Origin: Eukaryota sp. GEM-RC1
Lineage: Eukaryota
Assembly (NCBI GenBank): GCA_040285855.1
Contig: JAUFOQ010000006.1
Span: 1,426,001 to 1,490,000 of the forward strand
Direction of reading: 5' to 3'
DNA: 64,000 nucleotides
Positions 47,331 to 58,200 of the stretch are shown piece by piece. The translations under genes and the position numbers were made by a program. The notes below the pieces were generated by a model, which did no database searches, was not told the origin of the DNA, and saw only the letters and a list, made by a program, of their open reading frames with translations. Positions within the stretch are counted from its first letter, which is position 1; each line of letters opens with the position of its first letter.

Positions 47331-50215
47331 CCTGATCTTTATGGTTTACGTGTGAGTCCTTGGGTACATCTTTCTTAGGCTTATTTGGACAAGTTGCTCT
47401 GTTATGCCCAGGCCGAAAACATATACCACACTTGTTAGGACCTCTGACTTTTGTTAGAGGACGCTTCGCTTTACCCTTACCCTTACTCACAGTCTTTTTC
47501 TTAGGAATCTGATCTGTATTCCCGCCATCCACGACAGGTGTTGTTTGAGATTTTGGTCTCTCGAGGATGGCAGGTCTACCTTGACCTTGAATGGTTCCAT
47601 TTACAATATTGTAAATATTGATAGCAGAATTGAAGTCTCTATTCCAGAGGACATGGCATTTAGCACATTCAACTAAGCCCCATGGTGAGACTTTTTTGCT
47701 CTTCAATCTTTCTTTTGATAATGGCAACTGTTTGGTCCATTCATCATCAAAGTTACGCTCCACAATATTGTCTAATTGATTGTGTTCCATAATTTCCTTT
47801 TTTAATTCTTTCTCTTCCTTCTGTAACTTCTTCTTCCAATGAGGATCAGTGACTTTTATCCTTTCAGGATTGGAACAGATACCTTCGTCGTTTCTGGAAA
47901 CACATGCAGAGCAACATTTGCTGGTCTTAAATTCATCAACTAGGAACACTTTAAATCCAAATTTTCTCAATAATTTCCGAATTGAAGCACCTTTTACAGT
48001 CGATGCTTTACCTCTTCTTCGACGAAAAGCAGTGTCGTTCCAGTCTCCATACCCAACAACGACTTCATCTGGGTTTCCAAACTGGAGAGCAAATCTGTGA
48101 AGCATGTTTTTTTCACTTCGTTCCTTTCTTGAATATTGTGTTAAGCGTCTACGTCTAAACCACTTTTCTTCGTAAATTCCTTCAGTAGTTCTTTGATCAG
48201 TAGTGGGTGATCGTAATAAAGAACAGGTAATTTCTTTACCAAGCACAAAAGCAGAATACTGAGTCAAATCACAAGATTTACTGCCTGGTGAGTTAGAGCC
48301 CCATTGATCTAAAATTTGTTGCCCATTTATGTCAATGCGACTGCCATCTGGACTGTGGATAAATTGGGTAGAATATTGTTGTAACCGTTCGGATTCAGAT
48401 AAACGGTGGAGATTATATCGTCTTATTTTCTTCTCCAGCTTCCTCTTCTTTCTCTTAGCTCTTTTTCTTTCCTTCCTTGTTTTTATCTTTTCCATGGAGA
48501 CTTGTTCATATCTGCCTTGCGCTCCCCAGCAGTGTATCTGAATACTTTCCAATCATCACGATTTTTCAACTTGACAGTTGATGGTTTGTCAATAGTGGGT
48601 GCGTCTTTCCAATCCTTCAATTCCTTTTTTAATTTTTTCAAGCTTCCTTTTTTCTTTGATGATTTTGGAGAAATCTTTCTTCTTCTGAGATTGGCTGATG
48701 TATCGAAACCTTCGATTTTCTTTTCCTCCTCAGATTTTAAAGAAGCACAATACATCAAATCATGCTGATTAGGATCAATAGCAACAATTCTTTTGGATTT
48801 CAAGTTTAAGTTTTGAATTTCTGTGGAACTCAAAGAATCAATGTACCTTTGAGTAGCTGTGTAGTCAACTGCTTTCACCTTCTTATGAGGATTTCCTCTC
48901 CCATCAAGCAGATCTTTCCGCATCATCATTAAACTACAGCTAACTCCATCTGTAGAAATAGAACTGTATTTGAAGTCATGAGACAATGACTTTGGAAGAC
49001 ACTTTGGTTTCAAAACTGAGTGCCAAATATCTTTTCGAACGTCATCAAAGCTACCTTTAATTTCTGATGCATAAACTTCTTTAAACCATGTAGTATCCAA
49101 TCTGATATGATTAGGAATCAGTGATTTTGTTAGAGGAAAAGGATTATTGGCAGTAACACCAGGACAAGAGTCCTCAACAAGACGTTTCAAATACACTGCA
49201 TGACTTAAGAATTTCAAAGGATCTACTTTTTCAGCATAATAGATTGTTTTCTCCATTTTACCTTCAAAAAAAGTAAACAAATAGTTAAAAAATAGTAAAC
49301 TCAGTCTAGAATTGGGATCAGGAAACACTTCAACATCTTGAAAATTAATATTTGAAATTTCCCCATTAATGATCAACTGTCTGACTTCATTAAGCTTTGT
49401 ACACAACTCTTGTCGTTGATTCTTATCAGTAAGCTTGTTAAGTCTATCTTTTTCAGGGTAACCAAATTAAATACTTGAAAAACATATTCGTGAAAGTGTT
49501 CACTCATGTTTGTCTTGTAATTCGTTATAATTTCAGTAGCCATGTAATGCAATAAACGAGATAAACGATAACTACTGGGAAACACAATTCTATCAAGTCC
49601 AACAGATCGAGCAGCTAGTTCTAAACGAGGAATGTAATGCATCAAGAAATGTTGAGCAAACTGTTTTTGAGTTGAGGCCTCATTTGGTTTAGAAATTATG
49701 TTTGTTAACGATTCTTGTACAGTCCTAATATGATTCTGATTGTTTACAAGTTTGTGGTCCCTAATCGTCATCATAGACAACACTTGTTCCATTGATTTCA
49801 ACGTAAAAAAATTCTTCCAGTATGGCAATTCAATTTTGGCAGTTTGAATTTTAGTCCAAAGGTCAGGTTCAGGTTTAGGTTCATCACTCGCATCTTCAAT
49901 ATTTTCTAATTTAATAGGAGGAGTAGCAGCATCGATAGACTCTGAAGGTACATCTGTTTCTTCATCAGTTGACTCATCTGTATCAGAATTCATTTCTTCC
50001 TTAACAGTTACATTTGGAACAGTAGCAGGCAGTAACTTCTGAATGTATTCTAAAATACCTGAATGGTGAAAATTATGAACAAAAAATGTTTCAAAAAGAG
50101 AGTACTACGGACTCTTACTTGGTGAGCTCTCTTAACACGAGATTCAATAAATTTAACCTTCGCTTTGGATACAACATTGTCTAGTCGTTTCTTAACCACT
50201 TTCATTGGTGACTTT
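47323..50215 (-). CDS. Fanzor1 (eukaryotic TnpB-derived RNA-guided nuclease) moiety
   Basis: Y...EIITNYKTNMSEHF, FPLTKSLIPNHIRLDT, ISTDGVSCS, RuvC-I IVAIDPN, FRYT, VVGYGDW, RuvC-II FLVDEFKTSKCCSAC, zinc finger CAKC and RuvC-III WNRDFNSAINI. Confidence 0.92.
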
Positions 50216-53134
50216 GAACGTAAGGTTTGCTTTTTGGGATCCAATAGGTCAGCCAACAAGTATTCAATCAGAGGTAATTGTTGAATTGAGTTGTTCAACA
50301 ATAGCGGTTTTGTCGATTCCTTGGCCCAAAGTTCATTTACTTTCTCCAAATTTCTTACAAATTTCTTTTTAATCTTATCGACCTTCACTTTGGGATTGTC
50401 TGGAACTAAAACATTAATACTGTCAATTATGCCATGCAAGTTTTGGACATTATTGACTAATTGAACTTCATCAGGATCAGAGTCATGCTTAAGTTCTTCC
50501 AAGCGTTTGACAGTTTCATTTTTAGAAAAATTATTCATTTCAAGAAAAATTTGAACAACATTTTCCAAAAAACGGCCACCAGTAAAGACATAAAAATTCT
50601 TCAATACAGCATTCAAATCGAGACTAAAAAACGGACCAAAAGTTGTTTCCTTACACCATTTGTTGAACCAAAAGGGAATATAGGGTTTAAATTCTGGAAA
50701 AGTAAACGTTGTATTGATTTTGAAGACTTGACAACGTGATACAAGAAAGGGAAATGTATCTAAGTGAAAGTCATAACTCACAAACAATCGCGGACAATGT
50801 TGAGTAATGAAGGAGATGAAGTTTTTAAGCATACTGGATTCACTATCTGAAATATGTAAAGTACACAAATCCAAATTTGTAGTCTCAAAATTGCCATAAG
50901 AAAATAAGTGTTTTTCATTAAACTCATTGTGATCAATGATCTGGATGGAAATTGATACAATCGGATCAACAGAAGAATCACGTTTAACTTCTAATTGATC
51001 TTCAGCTTCACCTTCAACAGTTTCAATGTCATCATCATCTTGAACAAGTTGAACATTATTGCCATTAATTCTTTCTTTTTTGGCAAAATCACTTTGAACA
51101 TGAATTAAACAAAAAGTTGGCAGATTGTTCCAAAGTAAAGGGGAATTAAGAAAGACTTGAACTTGTATTTCTTGTTCGATAGGCTCAGTATGTAGATTTA
51201 CTTCCATTTTATGGATTTCTTCTTGAATTGGCGATGGATACGACATAATGGAGGCCTGTGATTTTGGTGGTAATTCAGATGGTGGTAATTCAGATGGCGA
51301 TGATAGTTCAGATGGTGGTACTTCAGATGATTCCAATGTGGACATACGGCGGTAAGTCTTTCGTATTGGAGTGTCACCAGTTGAAACAAGGGAGCTGATA
51401 GTTCTAAATTGATTTCGTTGAATTAAAGGTGAACCTCGTGGTGATGGAACATCTGAAATTTTGGCTTTACTTTTTTTAGTGCTTAAACCAGTAGATGTTT
51501 TAGTGCTAGCAAGACGTGAACCTGTGAGAGGAATTGAAGTGGTTGGATGTTCTTTACCGGCAGGAGGTTGAATGGGTAACGATGGTACAATAGGAGCTAC
51601 TGTGGTTTGACGTTGTTGTAGATAAAGTGTCCTTTGTTGAGACAATACATCCAGAATTTTTTCACGAAATATGTTTGCTTGAAGTTCAGTGTTCACTTGG
51701 ACCAAATCAGACTCCACATACATCAGAGACGGAACGTACGTGAGTCTTTTAAAAAGTTCAACATATTTTTGAATATACGCAATGACATAAACTCCACAGT
51801 CGTTAGCAGACTGTGTTTTAGTCACAGGCACATAACGGAAAACATACCCCCATGGCACAAGTACTTCGGATAATATGTCTACAGCTGATTTTACCATAGA
51901 CTTACTCATATCGACGGTAGTTAACATTGGATCAATGAAGATCCATTCCTTTTCACAACAGTCTATAATGGCTAAACCCCAATGAGAACCAGTGACACCT
52001 TCTCTGGAATAATTAGCATTTCTAGTCATGGTATCACTAAGGGGAACAAAGAGATATTTGGAGTTTGTGATTTGATTTTTCTCAATTTTCGTCAACAACC
52101 ATTGATCTAGCGGGACATCTGGTGAAACAATGTATTGAAGCCATGTGGTCGGATGGATAAAACTGCTTTCAAAATCTAACCCTGCTTCTTGAAATATCAC
52201 TTTACAGTACTCCACTATCGCTTCGTCATCAAGCCATTGATTAGGATAAACTGAGTTTATGGCTTCTTGAGTTACGGGTCCTGGATTGGATTCAATATCA
52301 CCATCAGCGGTGAGGTCTTTTGGGAACGGAGGATGGGAAGGGATAAACAGGGGAGACGAGTACTTCATGGCAACAAATGTATGTGTTGATAAAACACAGA
52401 ATGAACTGTCCTTATCTAAACTCAACTGAGCCCGAAACCGTGCAATGGAAACAGTCACAAGTTGAGTCAGATAAGAACAGGATGGCGGCATCATCGAAGC
52501 AACGGCAGTGGAGGGAGAAGCAACGGCAGTGGAGGGGAAAGAACTGTCCTTATCTAAACTCAACTGAGCCCGAAACCGTGCAATGGAAACAGTCACAAGT
52601 TGAGTCAGATAAGAACAGGATGGCGGCATCATCGAAGCAACGGCAGTGGAGGGAGAAGCAACGGCAGTGGAGGGGGAAAGAACTGTCCTTATCTAAACTC
52701 AACTGAGCCCGAAACCGTGCAATGGAAACAGTCACAAGTTGAGTCAGATAAGAACAGGATGGCGGCATCATCGAAGCAACGGCAGTGGAGGGAGAAGCAA
52801 CGGCAGTGGAGGGAAAGAACTGTCCTTATCTAAACTCAACTGAGCCCGAAACCGTGCAATGGAAACAGTCACAAGTTGAGTCAGATAAGAACAGGATGGC
52901 GGCATCATCGAAGCAACGGCAGTAGAGGGAGAAGCAACAGCAGTAGAGGGAGAAGCAACGGCAGTCATCACAGCAACGGCAGTAGAGGGAGAAGCAACAG
53001 CAGTAGAGGGGGAAAGAACTGTCCTTATCTGAACTCAACTGAGCCCGAAACCGTGCAATGGAAACAGTCACAAGTTGAGTAAGATAAGGACATGATGGCG
53101 GACAACATCTGTTTGGATGCAGAACAAACGACAT
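47323..53134 (-). CDS. Polyprotein 1 (~1,930 aa after indel repair): repeat leader - 2A - Ulp1/SENP8-like protease - PolB-exonuclease-like domain - Fanzor1 - zinc knuckle
   Basis: ORFs 52826..53134, 50050..52632, 49373..49993, 48483..49406 and 47323..48552 are consecutive, and each break lies at a homopolymer run. 2A, protease, exo-like domain and Fanzor N-terminus lie in a single uninterrupted frame (50050..52632). Confidence 0.75.
52276..52335 (-). other. 2A/StopGo ribosomal skipping peptide 1
   Basis: HPPFPKDLTADGDIESNPG|P matches the D(V/I)ExNPG|P consensus with the usual upstream DL..DG. Confidence 0.9.
52403..53100 (-). repeat. Tandem array of ~138-bp hairpin units (5 copies, the last partial) in the leader of polyprotein 1
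   Basis: Units start (+ strand) at 52403, 52541, 52680, 52817 and 53016. Periods 138/139/137 differ only in a G-run; the 199-bp unit has extra ~21-bp sub-repeats. Confidence 0.95.
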
Positions 53135-53248
53135 TTATACTGTAGGAGGAAGGAAAATGAAATCCCACACAGACTGTAATGGACATGTGTGTGTGAATTC
53201 ACGTGTTAAAAAACGAAATCTGTAATAAAGTCTATATCAGAATTTCCC

Positions 53249-54766
53249 ATGTCCTACTCAATCTTCAAACTCAGAAATACTTCTGAACAAGAAAGTCGTT
53301 CCCGTACCATCAAAACATATATGAAACTTGTTGTAAAGCTTGCTGATAAGCATGCAGTTAACTTGTCAGTTGTTCTTCTTCCTTATGGAACATACAATTC
53401 ATGGAGAACTAAATCCATCCACATAACGGAAGTGTCAACATCTGACTTACCAGATGATCTTAAAAAGGGTACCATGGATTTTTGCCTCAACTACAAATCA
53501 GCCGTTGCCATTGTGCTAGATGTTGATCTAGAAACTGTTCATCTCTTTCCTTTTGATGGTTCTTATGAGAAGCGTGACATATCTCTTCCACTTCCTTCAA
53601 CAACTTTAACTCTAAATCATCTTAAGGATCTACTCAAAGACGTTAAACGAGTTACAATTGCTCGTTCCCCTCCTCCTCCTCAGCCTCAGTCTCCTCCTCT
53701 TTTACATGATTGTGACAATACTCGCTTTGACGATACTCCATCGCAAGTCGTTTTTCCTTCACCAAAACGTCGTATTGATAACTTCGCAATCAATCATATT
53801 CATTCTATTTTCTCTGAACCATCTGAAATAGTTCCTGTTCCAGTCAGTGATAATGCTAATTTATCTAAACCTATGAAACGCAAAAAACAACGTAACCCGT
53901 TGATTCTTTCTGTAGATTTAATCAGTGATCAGTTTTACATAAATTCAAAATTAAAATTTGAATTTAGTGATATTGAGAAAATGTTGACAAAGGATGATAG
54001 GGAAGGTAAAACACAACTCTTGTTGAGTTCTGAACTTGATTTCATTGTGATGCTTGCATTCCAAAAATTTAAATCAAGTAGGTACAAGTTCCTGCAATCT
54101 CAAGAAACTCAACAGTTGGTAGGTGATCCAATATGCTATGCCTTACATTCTGGTAAGGCCATTGTCGATACACTAAAATCAGGAAAACGAATTCTTGCCC
54201 CATTATGTTTGGTGAAAGAACATGTTCCTGGTGATGCAGGATCTGGTCATTGGATTCTTATTGAATTGTTTCTAAATGAAGCAAATGTATTATTATTCAA
54301 TATTTATGATTCTTTGGATTACTCATTAACCACTGAATTAATCGTTAATCCTTTTAGAACTGTTTATGGATGTGGGGAAACAAATCTGTTTGCAAGATTA
54401 CCAGAGTATAAGGTGGACTATTATATACCTTTTGCACAGTCAACATCGTCTCTTATCTGTGGATGGATTGTCTGTTTGAATGTTACTTTAATTTTACAAG
54501 GATTAATGGTTGATGCACGTCAGGAACAAAATCAGACAAAATTATACACTAACAGATCAAGAAAAAATCTATGTCTTGTTATGTATGATCTACTTCAGAG
54601 TGTACAACCTGATTTGGTGACAGAACAAAATGTAATTGATGGTTCAACAACAAAATTTGAAAACAAATCGTCAAAGACAAAAGACGAAAATGAAGTTTTA
54701 GGGAAAAAACAGGAAAACGAAGAATTAAAACCACTGCAAGTGCTTTTGGAATCAAAAATACTTTAA
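53249..54766 (+). CDS. Ulp1/C48-family cysteine protease (second copy)
   Basis: C-terminal GSGHWILIEL...IYDSL...AQSTSSLICGWIVC carries the H-D-Q-C catalytic set; N-terminal half not recognised. Confidence 0.75.
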   Translation: MSYSIFKLRNTSEQESRSRTIKTYMKLVVKLADKHAVNLSVVLLPYGTYNSWRTKSIHITEVSTSDLPDDLKKGTMDFCLNYKSAVAIVLDVDLETVHLFPFDGSYEKRDISLPLPSTTLTLNHLKDLLKDVKRVTIARSPPPPQPQSPPLLHDCDNTRFDDTPSQVVFPSPKRRIDNFAINHIHSIFSEPSEIVPVPVSDNANLSKPMKRKKQRNPLILSVDLISDQFYINSKLKFEFSDIEKMLTKDDREGKTQLLLSSELDFIVMLAFQKFKSSRYKFLQSQETQQLVGDPICYALHSGKAIVDTLKSGKRILAPLCLVKEHVPGDAGSGHWILIELFLNEANVLLFNIYDSLDYSLTTELIVNPFRTVYGCGETNLFARLPEYKVDYYIPFAQSTSSLICGWIVCLNVTLILQGLMVDARQEQNQTKLYTNRSRKNLCLVMYDLLQSVQPDLVTEQNVIDGSTTKFENKSSKTKDENEVLGKKQENEELKPLQVLLESKIL

Positions 54767-55231
54767 AAAAATGTATTGACAGTGATAGAGAATAAATAGT
54801 ACAATATAGATGTATTTATAATTTTGTATAACAGGTAAGAATAACACAACGCATACACAATAATAATTGTACAATATTACAATGTTCAATTTTGCAGTTT
54901 GAACTGTGTCAGACGTAGTCTGAATACCAATGTTTTGTTACATAGTTATTACTTACAGAACAATCCGTGAATTTCATCCACCTGAAATCTGACAGAAATT
55001 TGTTACAGATTTAGTATGTCAGAAAATGTGACATATTAAACTAGACCAATTTGTTACATATTCAGTGTAGATGTGGTAGCATAGTTTATGTGAAAAATCA
55101 TGGTATAAATTATAAATTTAGACCAGATAAACCCAATCAATCAACTTCTTCGTTGATTGATAAATAAAGAAAAATAGTTATAAAGTATATTGTTCTACAT
55201 AATAAAAAAACATCAATGAATTATTGAAAGA

Positions 55232-58200
55232 CTATATAAAATCAAGTGCTTGCAATCCTGAGGGTCTAAAGAAGTGTTTTTCCAAATTTTGCTTTTTGTC
55301 TTTTTCACGGATAGAATCGTAAAAGACAACGATTTTTTGATTATGTTCATACAAATTGTAAACATGTCTGGCATCATTTGGCAGATCAAAGATTATACAA
55401 AGATCAGCCTGAACAGAATGGTTAACCGCTAATTGAGTAGTACTGATCAATAAAACAGGATAAGTCTGTTCATCGAATGTTTTCAGACTTGATGTAATCT
55501 TTCGTGGTTTTCCACCCTCTAGTGACACAACTTTAAAAGAAATCTCAGGACGAAGCCTTGAAAGTTTCCTTACTTTGTCAACTGAATCAGTTGTAATTAC
55601 AACTTTTGTAACTCAAATATAGTCAACAAATGCTTCACATTGTTGATTTTTTCATCAAAATTCCATCTAGATGAAAGAAACTGAAGTCTTTTCGTCGTAT
55701 CAATGTCGATGGGATGAGCACTTTCTTCAACAACAGGAATCTCAACTTGTTGAACTTGTTGAGTCGATTGAACAGTTAAAGCATGTAGTTCAAGACTTCG
55801 TTGTTCGTAAATATTTTTGAATCACAATAACGAACATCATGAACTTCTAATGGTACACCAGAAATACCAATCACAGATAATGCTGAAAGCATTAACAGTG
55901 TTCCATCCTTTTCAGAACAATGAAAGAATTTAAATCATTGCAAAAATCGATTTTTAACAGTTGACCTGTTAACTCACCACTTGAACAATCAATAATAAAT
56001 TGAATCTGTTTCTTTGGTAGTTTCAAACCGAAACCAACACAGAACCCAAATTCCGTGATGTACATTATTGTGTCATAATGCTTAACATACACTGCATCTA
56101 TAATTCTGTCATCTTTGTGACAGCAGCAAAGTTCCCATACAGGTTGTTCACCAAGCAGCTCCCTTTCAAACAAATTTAGCTTTCGGATTGTACAAGTGCC
56201 GACAACTAGAACGAAATCGTCATAGCACTTCAAACTTTTGAATTCTTCATCACGATCAATTTCAGACATGTTTAAATCCATTAATGTTGAAAAATCTGAA
56301 CAATCAACACAATTTTTTTCATCTTCCTGCACAAAAATAATCAACAACAGAGTCTTCGTTGCGACAACAAAACAATTTTTGCAGCAGCCATGTCAATACA
56401 TTGAGAATCAAAACTGTCTCTGGCCAACGGCAACGGTAATACTCGTCGAATAGTCTTTTGTTTGTCCATTTTTGGCTTGTATTGAATCATAAATATGGGC
56501 CCTTCAAAAGCAATCAGTATGGCCTGGTAAAGCAATTGATGATGAAGTGCAAACATAGTCAATTGATTGTCAAATGGTTTACACTGTGGTCTATCTTGAT
56601 CAATACTGCGACTGAACCTTCGGAGTTCTTTATCAATGTTGTAGACTACCAATCGTAATGTAACATTCAACACAGGAGTAGGAGTAGGAGTAATAGCAGA
56701 AAAAAATTCTGTATGGAGAGTTTCGACAACGTCGTTGTCTATATTCAACGTTCCAATGGCAATTTTTGATTCAAATGAAAAAACAACATAGAAAGTTCTC
56801 ATTTCTTCACGTGTAAAATTTAAGATTTGAACATTTTGTCCTAAATATTTAGCAGTATGAGAAGAGGCAGTACAATACGACTTAGTCCAAGATGACAAAT
56901 CCAAAGTACTTGTAGCTACTGGTGACTGGGGCAATGCAGTAGTTTCACTAATCATGGGTTCAGGAAGGTCAGCGTTTTCGGGGATCATAGGTTCTTCAAC
57001 CTTGTGTTGGGCTAAGGTAATTTCAGAATATACGACTTCATTAAGTGTAGTACATGATGATGCACATAAAGGACACGCAGGATCAAAGCACATCAACAGG
57101 TCCTGTTCATCATTGACTTGGAAATTTAGTAACTGGAAATGATGTTTCCTTCCATTCACATAATCAACGGTAACTGGTGGACTGTTACTTTTCAGTAAGT
57201 TGAAATCAAGAATAATAATGTTGTCATACCATGATTTCAACACAGTTATGGGAACCTCACCTTGTTCCGTTAAATATACCAAAATACGTAATCGATTGAT
57301 ACATCCAAAGGTGGATTCGATTGGTAACTCATGATAAGGCCAGTAAACATTCCAGACACGTTTTACCTCAAAAGATCCATGGATATCCAGCTCATTACTG
57401 TATGCAATTAATTGTTTGAACCTCGAATCTTGACAATGCATTGGTGTACCAACCTTGATAGATGGCTTTGCCATTTCCGAAACCAAATTGATATTGAAGT
57501 TCATTAGCCATACGATGAACAAGTATTGACATGAAGAAGGAATATGAGACAAGAATTGTGGAAACTTATCACCAACAGAAATACCATTATGATAACCTAG
57601 ATCTGTAGGTACAGGGAACAGTGATTTGGCACATTTAACTTCCTTGGACCACTCATTATCAATACGAGTGTATTGAGTCAAATCACTACAAGGACTTGAC
57701 ATAATGTCGAAAGTTAATTTAATAGAATTTCTTGGTATAGTCAAATGTACGATATTACCCCACTGTAACAATTGGTTGTACATGTTCCAAAATTCTCGGT
57801 CATTGACAACTTTCAATGCCATTGATAAATTGAATCGTGATTTGATAATGAATCTATGCCAATCAAGATGGAACGTAAGAGAAAAATTTTTTAATGAATC
57901 AAGAGTTCCACGGCACTTGTTGACAAACAGTAGATTTTCAATTTCAGTTGTATTCTCTGAATGCAACATAACAACAGTGCTTTGGGTTTCACCTGGAGCT
58001 AGATCTGAAGTAATTTTAACTTTTAAACATAATGTCTCTGAACGAGTACTTTCATCATCACTGTCATTAACTTTTAGAGATTTGGAAGATTTGACAATAT
58101 TTTGTTCATCAAACAATTTCTTTATAAAGTTGTTAAATTTTTCTCCATTGACATAACCTTCCAACTTCAACCTAACTGAGAATGAATTGTCTACTACAGT

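Noticed and set aside
48483..50090. Programmed ribosomal frameshifting within Fanzor
   Set aside because: Breaks fall at homopolymer runs, exactly as in cullin, the alpha-kinase and the phosphatase, which points to assembly indels. True pseudogenisation cannot be excluded without reads.
52431..52455. Known ribozyme or riboswitch (hammerhead, HDV, twister, TPP, SECIS) in the repeat core
   Set aside because: CTGA..GAAA appears on the plus strand of array 1 only and lacks the CUGANGA core. I could not build consistent HDV P1/P2 helices for both arrays by eye. An Rfam/Infernal search is still needed.
52403..53100. CRISPR-like array next to an RNA-guided nuclease
   Set aside because: Units are near-identical end to end with no unique spacers, lie inside an ORF, and no cas genes are present. 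The same holds for 62342-62776.
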